Shown here piece by piece: positions 45,771-55,685 of a stretch of DNA of 64,000 nucleotides. How positions within the stretch are numbered: the stretch's first letter is position 1; each line of letters starts with the position of its first letter. The stretch spans positions 6,043 through 70,042 of the IMG/VR virus record IMGVR_UViG_2600255040_000002; one strand, given 5' to 3'. Source of the stretch: a virus. Taxonomy: Duplodnaviria > Caudoviricetes. The position numbers and the translations under genes were made by a program. The notes under the pieces are model-generated. The model saw only the letters and a program-made list of their open reading frames with translations, was not told the DNA's origin and did not search any database.

Positions 45771-46118
45771 ATGGACAGGAAACAGGCTGTAACGATTTTG
45801 AAGCGGAAAACCACCATCCCTGGTGATGGATACACCTGGGAGCAAATCAATGAGGCCATCGACATGGCAATTGCCGCCCTGTCCCCGCCGAACGATCCGC
45901 TGACGCTTGAGGAACTGCGGAAGATGGATGGAGAGCCAGCGTGGTGGGACGATGGTGAAGAAAGTTGCTGGGGTATTATTTCTGTTGATAGTGCTGGAAT
46001 GTGGGGTGGCATCCCGTTTTTACGCGGAAGATGGAGGCAAGTAAACTTTGAATATAACATTGAAGAACGAAAAATGAGAATTTACCGCCGCCCGCCGGAG
46101 GGAGAGGTGGACACCTGA
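45771..46118 (+). CDS. Hypothetical protein (homolog of 1688-2002, different middle)
   Basis: Shared N-terminus and YRRPxEGE end. Confidence 0.8.
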   Translation: MDRKQAVTILKRKTTIPGDGYTWEQINEAIDMAIAALSPPNDPLTLEELRKMDGEPAWWDDGEESCWGIISVDSAGMWGGIPFLRGRWRQVNFEYNIEERKMRIYRRPPEGEVDT

Positions 46119-46756
46119 TGAAATGCAGAGATTGTGAGAAATGGGGATGGGGAGACGATGAAGGGACCCCTGTTTGGGGGTGGTGCTGGAAATATACATC
46201 TTGCCCAGATCCGGATATTGATAGGAGTTGTCCGGATTTCTCCCCTAAAAAGCCGGATATCTTCACAACATTCTCCACACTCCAGGCCGAAAACAAGAAG
46301 CTGCGGGCCGAGCTGGAAAACTACCGCAAAGGCCATCGCGAAGAAGCAATCTCCACCCTCACCCCGCTGAACGAGTGGGTAAATCGAGTGAGAGAGCTTG
46401 ATGAGCTTTACACAAAGCTCCAGATCATAACAGGCTTTACAGTGGAGCAACTGCTAGAAATGTTCGCCGCCGGATACACGCTGGAAAAGCCGGATTACTC
46501 AAAATCATTTGAAGAGATGGCGAGTTTGGCCGAAACCACCCCGCCGAACGAGCCGCTGACGCTGGAGGAGCTGCGGGAGATGGACGAGCCTGTATGGGTT
46601 GCCTGCAAACCCATCGAGGGCGGGAACGGGTACTGGTGTCTGTGCCAGCATGGGCATATCATCACACCGGCAGGTAGCATTTACGATGTGAAAGAAATCC
46701 CGCATTGGGTGTTCTACCGCCGCCCGCTGGAGGGAGCAGAGGACGGTAATGTCTAA
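46118..46756 (+). CDS. Multi-module mosaic protein
   Basis: Contains four recurrent linker sequences. Confidence 0.75.
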   Translation: MKCRDCEKWGWGDDEGTPVWGWCWKYTSCPDPDIDRSCPDFSPKKPDIFTTFSTLQAENKKLRAELENYRKGHREEAISTLTPLNEWVNRVRELDELYTKLQIITGFTVEQLLEMFAAGYTLEKPDYSKSFEEMASLAETTPPNEPLTLEELREMDEPVWVACKPIEGGNGYWCLCQHGHIITPAGSIYDVKEIPHWVFYRRPLEGAEDGNV

Positions 46757-46973
46757 AAAAACGGTTCGGTTCCCAAGTTTCAACGTATCTCTTTCGGACC
46801 CAATCGAGATTGCGAAGTATCACCTGAACGATCCAGATATCGCCATGCAGTCAAAAGTAATGGCAATCGAGAAGGTGGCAGAGATGGAAACACACAACAG
46901 CATCACGAAGAATGATCTTGTCGGTGCGCTCCGATGGATTTATGAACACTATGATCTTTTATCGGTTTTGTGA
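46749..46973 (+). CDS. Hypothetical protein
   Basis: Coupled. Confidence 0.7.
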   Translation: MSKKTVRFPSFNVSLSDPIEIAKYHLNDPDIAMQSKVMAIEKVAEMETHNSITKNDLVGALRWIYEHYDLLSVL

Positions 46974-47006
46974 GGTGACGGCAATGTTTACGGTTGATGA
47001 CGGCCT

Positions 47007-47264
47007 TTGCTTCCCGTGGGAGGGATTTGTCTGCTGCTAAGTAACAACGATTTGAATACCATCCAAGCTGCCTTAGATACTGGGATGGAGACCGTAATGA
47101 CCCGAACTCTTGGAGATTTCCGCATCACGGTCTCCACATCCAGAGCCCCGCCTGTTTGGCATCCGTTTCTTATGCTTGCCCGTCTGGAGATTTGGGATGG
47201 GCACATATATTCTACAAAGTGGTGTGTCAGTGCGGAGGAGGTGCAGCAGTTTGCGGGGAGATAA
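47007..47264 (+). CDS. Hypothetical protein
   Basis: ORF fills the gap; start uncertain. Confidence 0.45.
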   Translation: MLPVGGICLLLSNNDLNTIQAALDTGMETVMTRTLGDFRITVSTSRAPPVWHPFLMLARLEIWDGHIYSTKWCVSAEEVQQFAGR

Positions 47265-48000
47265 TCAGTCCTTGTGGTATTGTGTACGCCAGCGGGCAGG
47301 CCCGCTAGTTAAAGAGTGCAGGGCGCTGCGGCCACGGCTGAGCCGGTACGACTCCCGAGAAGACCGGCGGGACAAGAATGAGATTGTCCGGTCCAAGCAC
47401 ACCGCAGTGTGCAGGACTCAGGTGGATCGGTTGGAGCTGCGGCTGGCGGAGTTTGGCTTTCGGGGCAGCCATTATACGATGACCTGTGACGACTTCCACC
47501 TGCCGGACAGATATGATGGGATGCGAAAGATGTTCCGGGCAGCCCGGACGCGGATGCAGCGATGGCACGGCGGGCCATTCGACTGGATCGGCTGCATCGA
47601 GGGCAAGCACGGGGACCACCGGCTCCACGTACACTTACTGCTGCGGGACGAGGACTTCTCCCCGGCAGAGGTGCGGCACCTGTGGACGGCTGGCGACGTG
47701 GATGACGAGCCGGTCCTGATGCGGGAGGGCGGCTACCGGCGGCTGGCCAAGTATTTCAACAAGGAGCGGCCGGACGGATTTGTGATACCGCTGGGCAAGC
47801 ACCCGTGGAGTTGCAGCCGGGGACTGAAGGCACAGATCCCGGAGCCGGAACGGTGGCGGGATGATAGCGGGCTGATTGAGGTTCCAGACAATGTGATTTG
47901 GTGCCGGAAGGGTGCCCATGAGAATGACTTCGGGGCGTACTACTACGCCAGCTATATCCTGCCGGACGGGCCGCAGTTTGGAGGACGGTTCTTTATTTAG
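47251..48000 (+). CDS. HUH-superfamily (rolling-circle Rep-like) endonuclease
   Basis: HYTMT motif I, RLHVHLLL (HUH), LAKYFNKE catalytic Tyr; TTG start after GGAGGAGG. Confidence 0.75.
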   Translation: MRGDNQSLWYCVRQRAGPLVKECRALRPRLSRYDSREDRRDKNEIVRSKHTAVCRTQVDRLELRLAEFGFRGSHYTMTCDDFHLPDRYDGMRKMFRAARTRMQRWHGGPFDWIGCIEGKHGDHRLHVHLLLRDEDFSPAEVRHLWTAGDVDDEPVLMREGGYRRLAKYFNKERPDGFVIPLGKHPWSCSRGLKAQIPEPERWRDDSGLIEVPDNVIWCRKGAHENDFGAYYYASYILPDGPQFGGRFFI

Positions 48001-48082
48001 AATCTGTCGCGCGCGTGCGCGCGATCAATCTTGAAATCTAGTGGAACGATAGGCACACACAAAAGAAAGTGAGGGAAAGCCG

Positions 48083-48283
48083 TTGCAAAGCACACGGAAA
48101 TGTGATAGCATTATCGTAAAGGACGGATGGATAACCTGCCCGGAGTGCGGACGGAACCATCGGCTGCTGCGGATTACTCCGGAGACGGAGGCCCACGGAC
48201 TGCCAGTATACTGCCGGACATGCCGGCGGGAAATCGTCCTGAATATCGAGAGAGGCCAGAGCGTCAAGCGCCAGAGCCCATGA
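48083..48283 (+). CDS. Cysteine-rich KTR-like zinc-ribbon protein
   Basis: WITCPECG...LPVYCRTCRRE. Confidence 0.75.
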   Translation: MQSTRKCDSIIVKDGWITCPECGRNHRLLRITPETEAHGLPVYCRTCRREIVLNIERGQSVKRQSP

Positions 48284-48325
48284 TCTACCTCAGACGGGGA
48301 TGGATCGTGGCTCTGGCGTTTTTTT
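48268..48325 (+). terminator. Long hairpin terminator before the packaging module
   Basis: CGCCAGAGC/GCTCTGGCG stem plus T7. Confidence 0.7.
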
Positions 48326-48392
48326 GTTTGCCCGGAGGTGATAGCCTGGGCCAGGCGCCTGGGCGTGTCAGATTCGGACACGGAGGGAGATC

Positions 48393-48647
48393 ATGGGCTT
48401 TGACTATACCAGCAAGCGCTGGGAGCGCAAGCGTGCGGCCATCCTGCGGCGTGACGATTACCGCTGCGTGTGGTGCCGGCGCTATGGCCGCAACCGCCCG
48501 GCGGTGGTGGTCCATCACATCAAGCACGTGGATGAGTATCCGGAGCTGGCCTACGAGGACAGCAACCTGGTGAGCCTGTGCCAGGGGTGTCACAACAAGG
48601 CACACCCGGAGAAGGCACGGGCGGCAACGTACGGCCGCAGGTACTGA
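48393..48647 (+). CDS. HNH endonuclease (cos-packaging cofactor, HK97 gp74-like)
   Basis: CVWC..VHHI..NLVSLCQGCHNKAH; directly before terS. Confidence 0.9.
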   Translation: MGFDYTSKRWERKRAAILRRDDYRCVWCRRYGRNRPAVVVHHIKHVDEYPELAYEDSNLVSLCQGCHNKAHPEKARAATYGRRY

Positions 48648-48720
48648 TCCCCCCCCACCCAAGGACCCCCAGCCGGGGGGCCTTGGAGACCGGCGGGTGG
48701 GACTTTTTCCAATAGAGCCC
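48648..48720. other. Probable cos region
   Basis: C-run/G-run intergenic between HNH and terS, the usual cos position in this module. Confidence 0.5.
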
Positions 48721-48755
48721 CCGTATGAGACTTTTCCGGGGAGGAGGCGAGGCTT

Positions 48756-49112
48756 TTGGGGCGAATTGCAATCACGCGCGAAACCATTAAGGCGCAGACC
48801 GTAACGGCCATGAAAAAGATGGGCACTTTTGCTCCGGAATATGAGCCGATAATCGAGATTTATGCCGGACTGCGAGAACAATATTACCGGCTTAACGCAG
48901 AGTATGCGGACGGAAAAAGCTACCACTACGCCACGCCGACGGCCGACGGCGGCGCCAAAAAGTCCCCTCTCTCCATGACCATTGAGAGCCTGCGCAAGGA
49001 CATCCTGTTGTATTCGGACCGGCTGATGCTCAACCCCAAGGCCCGAGCCGATGCCGGCAAGGGGAAACCCAAAAAATCCAGACTGGCGGAGGCGCTGAAG
49101 GATGGCCCGTAG
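48756..49112 (+). CDS. terS: Terminase small subunit (P27-like)
   Basis: KSPL...[19 protein letters not shown]. Confidence 0.85.
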   Translation: MGRIAITRETIKAQTVTAMKKMGTFAPEYEPIIEIYAGLREQYYRLNAEYADGKSYHYATPTADGGAKKSPLSMTIESLRKDILLYSDRLMLNPKARADAGKGKPKKSRLAEALKDGP

Positions 49113-50838
49113 GAAGGCGAAGCGTTTTCCCAGCTGGGCAACGGTCATGGAGTACGTGGACTCCATCCTGAAGGGTCGGAAGATCGCCTGCCCGGAGTTG
49201 GTCCAGGCGTGCAGGCGGTTCAAGCAGGATTTGGAGAATCCTGCCTGGGACTTCAATCCCCGGGATGCGGAGTTTGTGATCCGGATCATCGAAACCACCT
49301 TCGTGCATCAGCAGGGGGAGCGCCTGGACGGGACCCCGCTGCGGGGGCAGCCGTTCCTGCTGGAGCCATTCCACAAGTTTATCGTGTACAACCTGCTGGG
49401 CTTTTTCCTGGCGGGGACCAAGGAGCGGCGGTACAAGGAGGCCCTGATCTATATCCCCCGGAAAAATATCAAGACGTCTTTTGCTGCGGCGCTGGCCTGG
49501 GGCCTGGCGCTGCTGAACCGGCGGAGCGGGTCTAAGGTCTACATCGTGGCGGCGGCCCTGAAGCAGAGCCTGGAGTCTTTCAACTTCATCAACTTCAATC
49601 TGGAGCAGATGGGGGAGAAGGACAACTTCCGGGTGATTGACAACAACCAGGAGCACAGCATTCAGGGCGACCTGGGGGACGGCTCCATCTTCATCCAGGC
49701 CCTGGCGGCAAACCCGGACCGCCAGGATTCCCTGAACTGCAACGTGGCTATCGCAGACGAAATGCACGCCTACAAGACCCCGAAGCAGTACAACATCATC
49801 CGGGAGGCCATGAAGGCCTACACCAACAAGTTGATGATCGGCATCTCTACGGCCGGTGACAATGAGCAGGGCTTCCTGGGGCAGCGGCTGAAATACTGCC
49901 GCAAGGTCCTGGACGGGACCATCAGGGATGACCAGTATTTTATCTTCATGTGCTGCGCACCAGAAGGCGTCAAGGACGGGACCGTGGACTTCACGGATCC
50001 CAAGATCCAGGAGATGGCTAACCCGGCGTACGGTGTCAGCATCCGGCCGGCGGACATCCTCAACGACGCTCTGCAGGCGGTCAACGACCCGCAGCAGCGA
50101 AAGGACTTTTTCGCAAAATCGCTGAATGTCTACACCAACGCTATGCGGGCCTGGTTCGACATCGATGAGTTCCGCAAGAGCGATGCGGGCTACGACTGGA
50201 CGCTGGAGCAGCTGGCCAAGCTGCCCATTGACTGGTATGGGGGAGCGGACCTTTCCAAGCTCCACGACCTGACGGCGGCGGCTCTGTTCGGCCACTACAA
50301 GGACGTGGACATCATCATCACCCACGCATTTTTCCCAGTGGTGGCGGCCCATGTCAAGGCGGAGCAGGATCAAATCCCGCTGTTCGGCTGGGCGGACGAT
50401 GGATGGCTGACGCTGTGCAACTCCCCGACGGTCAACCACGCCGACGTGGTCAACTGGTTTATCGACATGCGGCGGCGGGGCTTCAAAATCCGCCAGGTGG
50501 GCCACGACCGGAAATTCTGCCGGGAGTACTTCGTGGCTATGAAAAACGCCCGGTTCAAGATCATCGACCAGCCCCAGTATTACTACAAGAAGTCCGAGGG
50601 CTTCCGGCATATCGAGGCGGCAGCCAAGAACGGAAAGCTCTACTACCTCCACAGTGAGGCCTACGAATACTGCGTGGCTAACGTGACCGCCGTGGAAAAG
50701 ACGGACGACATGGTCCAGTACGACAAGATTCGGCCGGAGCAGCGGATCGACCTGTTTGACGCATCGGTGTTCGCCTGCATCCGTTACCTGGAGAACATGG
50801 AGAAATCCCAGAAGGCAAAGGAGTGGCTTGGAACGTGA
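49102..50838 (+). CDS. terL: Terminase large subunit
   Basis: [29 protein letters not shown]. Confidence 0.95.
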   Translation: MARRKAKRFPSWATVMEYVDSILKGRKIACPELVQACRRFKQDLENPAWDFNPRDAEFVIRIIETTFVHQQGERLDGTPLRGQPFLLEPFHKFIVYNLLGFFLAGTKERRYKEALIYIPRKNIKTSFAAALAWGLALLNRRSGSKVYIVAAALKQSLESFNFINFNLEQMGEKDNFRVIDNNQEHSIQGDLGDGSIFIQALAANPDRQDSLNCNVAIADEMHAYKTPKQYNIIREAMKAYTNKLMIGISTAGDNEQGFLGQRLKYCRKVLDGTIRDDQYFIFMCCAPEGVKDGTVDFTDPKIQEMANPAYGVSIRPADILNDALQAVNDPQQRKDFFAKSLNVYTNAMRAWFDIDEFRKSDAGYDWTLEQLAKLPIDWYGGADLSKLHDLTAAALFGHYKDVDIIITHAFFPVVAAHVKAEQDQIPLFGWADDGWLTLCNSPTVNHADVVNWFIDMRRRGFKIRQVGHDRKFCREYFVAMKNARFKIIDQPQYYYKKSEGFRHIEAAAKNGKLYYLHSEAYEYCVANVTAVEKTDDMVQYDKIRPEQRIDLFDASVFACIRYLENMEKSQKAKEWLGT

Positions 50839-52022
50839 GTAAGAGACGGCGGGCGCGGCCGGCGCCCAGAGAGCGCCCCCAGCAGACCCGGAGCATGGCG
50901 TGGCTGTGTGCCCCAGATACATACGACAGCCTTTGCTACCAGGGCTATGTGAGCCTGGCGGCAAATCCAGAGATCTGCGCCGGTGTGGATACCATTGCCC
51001 GGCTGGTGGGGTCTATGACCATCCACCTGATGGAGAACCAAAAGGACGGGGATGTCCGCATCCTCAATGAGCTGAGCCGCAAGATCGACATCGAGCCCAA
51101 TGCCTACATGACCCGGGCGGACTTCATCCACTGGATCGTGCGGACCATGTACCTTGAGGGCAACGGCAACGCTGTGGTGTGGCCCCGTACCCGTGCGGGC
51201 ATCATCCGGGACCTGCAGCCCATCCCCTCGGCCTTCGTGTCGTTCATCCCAGACGGCTGGGGCTATCAGGTAATCGTCAACGGCAAAGAGTATGATCCGG
51301 ACGATGTGCTCCACTTTACCCTCAATCCGGACCCGCTGTATCCCTGGCTGGGGACGGGGTATCGGATCTCCCTGGCGGACGTGGCCCAGAACTTAAAACA
51401 GGCAGCGACCACCCAGAAGGGGTTCATGGAATCCAAGTGGAAACCGTCCCTGATCGTCAAGGTGGATGCTCTGACGGAGGAATTTTCCAGCCCGGAGGGA
51501 CGCCGGGTACTGCTGGAGAGCTACATTGACACCGCCCGGGCCGGAGAGCCCTGGATGATCCCGGCGGAGCAGTTTGAGGTGGAGCAGGTGAAGCCCCTGA
51601 CCCTGAGTGATCTGGCCCTGGACGCCATGGTGACGCTGGACAAGCGGACCGTGGCGGCGGTGCTGGGAATCCCGGCTTTCGTGCTGGGCGTGGGGGACTT
51701 CAGCCGGGACGCCTGGAACAACTTCATCAACACGACGATCATGCCCCTAGCCCGGAACATGGAGCAGGAGCTGACCAAAAAACTGTTATATTCGCCCGGC
51801 TGGTTCTTCCGGTTCAACTCCTGGAGCCTGTTTTCCTACTCCATCAACGAGCTGGTGAGCGCCGGTGCGGAGATGGTAGACCGGATGGCCCTGCGGCGGA
51901 ACGAGTGGCGCGGCTGGGTAAACCTGCCGCCGGATCCGGAAATGAACCAGCTACTGGCCCTGGAGAACTACATCCCTGCGGAAAAACTGGGAGATCAAAA
52001 TAAACTCAACGGAGGTGAGTGA
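50835..52022 (+). CDS. Portal protein (HK97 family)
   Basis: [25 protein letters not shown]. Confidence 0.95.
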   Translation: MSKRRRARPAPRERPQQTRSMAWLCAPDTYDSLCYQGYVSLAANPEICAGVDTIARLVGSMTIHLMENQKDGDVRILNELSRKIDIEPNAYMTRADFIHWIVRTMYLEGNGNAVVWPRTRAGIIRDLQPIPSAFVSFIPDGWGYQVIVNGKEYDPDDVLHFTLNPDPLYPWLGTGYRISLADVAQNLKQAATTQKGFMESKWKPSLIVKVDALTEEFSSPEGRRVLLESYIDTARAGEPWMIPAEQFEVEQVKPLTLSDLALDAMVTLDKRTVAAVLGIPAFVLGVGDFSRDAWNNFINTTIMPLARNMEQELTKKLLYSPGWFFRFNSWSLFSYSINELVSAGAEMVDRMALRRNEWRGWVNLPPDPEMNQLLALENYIPAEKLGDQNKLNGGE

Positions 52023-52602
52023 GACGGAAAGAAGGTTTTCAATCCCCCGGGACGGGCAGTTCCGGACTCGGGCGGAGGACGGCAATCTCTATATTGAGGG
52101 ATACTTCGCTGTCTACAATTCCCGCTATGACCTGTGGGATGGTGTCTATGAGACCATCGCACCGGGCGCCTTTGACGGGGAGACGGAAGGCGATATCCGG
52201 GCTCTGACCAACCACGACACAACGCTGGTGCTGGGCAGGACCACGGCGGGGACCCTGACCCTGCGGACCGACGAGACGGGACTGTGGGGCTCCATCATCG
52301 TCAACCAGGCAGACCAGGACGCTGTGAACCTGTACGAGCGGGTCAAGCGGGGTGACGTGTCCCAGTGCTCCTTCGGCTTTGACATCCTGGACCAGGATGT
52401 GCAGTATCAGGACGGCGAACCCACGGTGTGGATCATCCGAAAGGTCCGGCTGTACGAGGTAAGCGTGGTGACCTTCCCGGCCTACACGGACACCTCCGTA
52501 GAGGTCCGGCGCACTGAGTTCGCCGACCTGAAGAAGCGGCGCAGCGAGGCCTGGAAAGCCAAGACGCTGGCGAGACTGCGAGGCGTCCATGCGGATGCCT
52601 GA
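52015..52602 (+). CDS. Prohead protease (HK97 family)
   Basis: ALTNHD, SQCSFGF, EVSVVTFPAY. Confidence 0.95.
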   Translation: MSETERRFSIPRDGQFRTRAEDGNLYIEGYFAVYNSRYDLWDGVYETIAPGAFDGETEGDIRALTNHDTTLVLGRTTAGTLTLRTDETGLWGSIIVNQADQDAVNLYERVKRGDVSQCSFGFDILDQDVQYQDGEPTVWIIRKVRLYEVSVVTFPAYTDTSVEVRRTEFADLKKRRSEAWKAKTLARLRGVHADA

Positions 52603-52638
52603 TAGACAACGATTTTTTGGAGCGAAAGGAGAAAAATC

Positions 52639-54339
52639 ATGCTGAAGATCCTGATTCTAAAGCGGCAGCTGGATGCCAAGCGGAGCGAGCTGAAAGCCTT
52701 GGAGGAAAAGGACGCAGAGTTCCAGACCAGGGAGGCGGATCTGGAGACAGCCATCGGCGAGGTGGAGCCCGGCAACGCCGAGCAGGAAGCCGCCGTCACC
52801 GCTGAGGTGGACGCCTTTGAGGCGGACAAGACTGCCCACGAGACTGCCAAGCAGACCCTGTCTGCGGACATTGAACACCTGGAGACCGAGCTGGCGGACC
52901 TGGAGCGCCAGGCCCCGGCTACCAAGACCCCGGAAAAGCGGGAGAAAGTGAGAGGTGACGTACACATGGAGACTCAGATCAACATTCGTTCCCTGCCCAT
53001 GGGCCGCCGGGCCTTTGATGCCCTGCCCATGGAGCAGCGGCAGGCCATCGTAGCCCAGCCGGAGGTCCAGGAGTTCCTGAGCAAAATGCGGGGCATGAAG
53101 GGCCAGAACCGGGCAGTGACCGGCGCGGAGCTGACCATCCCTGTGGTGTTCCTGGACCTGATTTCCGAGAATATGTACCGGTACAGCAAACTGTTGAACC
53201 GTGTGCGGGTCCGCAATGTCCGGGGCGAGGCCCGGCAGACCATTGCCGGCATCGTGCCGGAGGCTGTATGGACGGAGATGTGCGGCGCCATCAATGAGCT
53301 GACATTCGTCTTTGGACAGGTGACCCTGGACGGCTACAAGGTGGCCGGATTTATCCCGGTGTGCAACAGTATGCTGGAGGACAGCGACATCGAGCTTGCC
53401 AGCTCCATCGTTGAGATGCTCTCTGAGTCCGTCGGCCTGGCGGAGGACAAGGCCATCCTGTATGGCAAAGGCGCCGCCTCCAAAATGCCTCTTGGTATCG
53501 TGACCCGCCTGGCCCAGACTTCTCAGCCTAGTGACTATCCCGCCAACGCCCCGGCGTGGGTAGACCTGCACACCACCAACATTCTGAAGATCGGCGGCAG
53601 CGGTGTCACCGGGGCGGAGTTTTGGGCGCAGCTGATGGCGGCCACCGGCGCCACCCACACAAAATACAGCCGCGGCAATTTGTTCTGGGCCATGAACTCC
53701 AAGACCTATACCACCCTGAAATCCAAGGTGATCACCTTCACCGCCACCGGCGATATCGCATCCAATATCTTCGGCGTGCTGCCCATCATCACCGGCGACG
53801 TGGATATCCTGGAGTTTATGCCGGATGGCGACATCGTGGGCGGCTACGGCGACCTGTACCTGTGGTCCCAGCGCTCCGGCATGACCATTGAGCAGAGCCG
53901 TGAGGTCCAGTTCATTCAGGACAACACGGTATTCAAGGGCAAGCAGCGGGCGGACGGCCAGCCCATCATTCCCGGTGCCTTCGTGGCCATCAACATTAAC
54001 AACGTGGAAGTTACGACCACGATGACCTTTGCGGCGGACATTGCCAACGACGCGGCGCTGACGGACCTGGCTATTTCCGGCGTGACCCTCAATCCTGGGA
54101 CCTTCGATCCTGATACATTCTCTTACACCGGTACCAGTTCCACTGCCTCCGCCAAAATCGAGGCCACGTCAGCCCAGGCGGGCGCCAAGGTGGCTGTCGC
54201 ATTTAATGGTGAAAACGTCCGCAACGGCGGCACCGTGAAGCTGACCAACGGTGCGGGAAATGTGGTAACCGTGACGGTGACCCAGGGCAACGCCGTCCGG
54301 GTGTATACGGTGACCATCACCGCTACCATCGGCGGCTAA
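52639..54339 (+). CDS. Major capsid protein (HK97) with fused C-terminal cadherin-like beta-sandwich
   Basis: Coiled-coil delta domain, HK97 core, DAALTDLAISGVTLNP...YTVTI. Confidence 0.93.
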   Translation: MLKILILKRQLDAKRSELKALEEKDAEFQTREADLETAIGEVEPGNAEQEAAVTAEVDAFEADKTAHETAKQTLSADIEHLETELADLERQAPATKTPEKREKVRGDVHMETQINIRSLPMGRRAFDALPMEQRQAIVAQPEVQEFLSKMRGMKGQNRAVTGAELTIPVVFLDLISENMYRYSKLLNRVRVRNVRGEARQTIAGIVPEAVWTEMCGAINELTFVFGQVTLDGYKVAGFIPVCNSMLEDSDIELASSIVEMLSESVGLAEDKAILYGKGAASKMPLGIVTRLAQTSQPSDYPANAPAWVDLHTTNILKIGGSGVTGAEFWAQLMAATGATHTKYSRGNLFWAMNSKTYTTLKSKVITFTATGDIASNIFGVLPIITGDVDILEFMPDGDIVGGYGDLYLWSQRSGMTIEQSREVQFIQDNTVFKGKQRADGQPIIPGAFVAININNVEVTTTMTFAADIANDAALTDLAISGVTLNPGTFDPDTFSYTGTSSTASAKIEATSAQAGAKVAVAFNGENVRNGGTVKLTNGAGNVVTVTVTQGNAVRVYTVTITATIGG

Positions 54340-54400
54340 GCCGGCCACGTGTCCGAATCGGACACGTGGCATGACATGAAATTCAGCAAAGCGAAAGGAG

Positions 54401-54685
54401 ATGCAGGACATGGGCGAGCAGGCAATCTTGACCGCCTTAAAGGTGGATCTGCAGATCTCAACATCTGCAATGGATACATATCTGGGGCAGCTGATTACTG
54501 CCGCCCGGTCCTACATCTCCCAAGAGGGCATCACCCTGACTGAGAGCGTAGATGACGGGATGCTGGTGGAGATGTATGCGGCGTATCTCTATCGCCGCCG
54601 GCGCGAGGAGAACGTGCAGATGCCCCGGATGCTGCGGTGGGCGCTGAACAACCGCCTGTTTTCGCAGAAAGCGAGGAGGACCTGA
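54401..54685 (+). CDS. Head-tail connector
   Basis: LKVDLQI..D.YL..LI.AA..YI. Confidence 0.85.
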   Translation: MQDMGEQAILTALKVDLQISTSAMDTYLGQLITAARSYISQEGITLTESVDDGMLVEMYAAYLYRRRREENVQMPRMLRWALNNRLFSQKARRT

Positions 54686-55008
54686 TGGACGATGTGTTGG
54701 TCCTGGTGCAGCCGCAGCTGGCCCAGAATGCCATCGGTGATTTTGTGCCGGCCGGGCCTCCACTGACACAGCAGATATTCGGCTCCATCAGCTCCATCAA
54801 CCGTGCGGAGTGGTACAGCGCGGGCCAGGAAGGCCGAAAGCCTGAGCTTGTCTTTACTACCCCGATCATCAATTACAGCGGTCAGCCGGAGGCGGAATAC
54901 CGCGGGAAGCGATATAGCATTTACCGCACCTATCTCCGCAAGGGGTCCGATGAGATGGAGCTGTATCTGGAGCGAAAGGTGGGGGTGCAAAATGAACATC
55001 AGAGCTGA
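54685..55008 (+). CDS. Head closure / head-tail adaptor
   Basis: SINRAEWYSAGQEGRKPE..Y.IYRTY. Confidence 0.85.
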   Translation: MDDVLVLVQPQLAQNAIGDFVPAGPPLTQQIFGSISSINRAEWYSAGQEGRKPELVFTTPIINYSGQPEAEYRGKRYSIYRTYLRKGSDEMELYLERKVGVQNEHQS

Positions 55009-55375
55009 GGATCTGGTGGATGCCGTCACCGAGGAACTTGATATATATGCCAGCGAGGTCGCTGGTGCGGTCAAAAAAACCGTAACCGCCGTGGCAAAGG
55101 AAACCGTGAAGGTGGTCAAGCAGAAGAGCCCCTCGGCATCCGGTGCCTACAAAAAGTCATGGGCGCAGAAGAAAACCTATGACAACGCCGGCAGTATCCA
55201 GATCACTGTATACAACCGCAAGCACTACCAGCTGACGCACCTGCTGGAAAACGGTCACGCCAAAACGAACGGGGGACGGACGCGGGCTTTCCCGCATATC
55301 GCCCCTGCGGAGGAGTTCGCTGAGCGTGAACTGGAGCAAGAGCTTCGGAGGAAATTGGGGGAAGGAAGTCCATGA
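54992..55375 (+). CDS. HK97 gp10-family protein
   Basis: TGAYKKSW-like segment, HLLENGHAK...AFPHIAPA. Confidence 0.85.
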   Translation: MNIRAEDLVDAVTEELDIYASEVAGAVKKTVTAVAKETVKVVKQKSPSASGAYKKSWAQKKTYDNAGSIQITVYNRKHYQLTHLLENGHAKTNGGRTRAFPHIAPAEEFAERELEQELRRKLGEGSP

Positions 55376-55683
55376 GCCTGGAGGAAATCAAAAAATTGCT
55401 GGAAACGGCCGGCCTTCCGGTGGCTTACCGGGCGTTCCCTGTGGGAAATGCCCCGCCACTCCCCTTTGTTTGCTATCTGTTCTCCAGCACGAACAATTTT
55501 AATGCTGATGATGCGGTTTACCAGGTTATCAACCGCATCAGCATTGAACTGTACACGGAAAGCAAGGACCTGGAAGCAGAAAATGCGGTAGAGGCTGCTT
55601 TGAAGGGCCTGTGCTGGGAAAAGTCTGAGGAATACCTGGATGACGAGCAATGCTATGAGATCATATACGAAATTGAGGTGTGA
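55372..55683 (+). CDS. Tail terminator
   Basis: PLPFVCY...NFNADD..IELYT. Confidence 0.8.
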   Translation: MSLEEIKKLLETAGLPVAYRAFPVGNAPPLPFVCYLFSSTNNFNADDAVYQVINRISIELYTESKDLEAENAVEAALKGLCWEKSEEYLDDEQCYEIIYEIEV

Positions 55684-55685
55684 CA

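Noticed and set aside
42536-50964. Long minus-strand ORFs (42536-44389, 49030-50964; also 13434-14708, 52657-53658)
   Set aside because: Shadows of GC-rich plus-strand genes; no RBS and no protein-like motifs.
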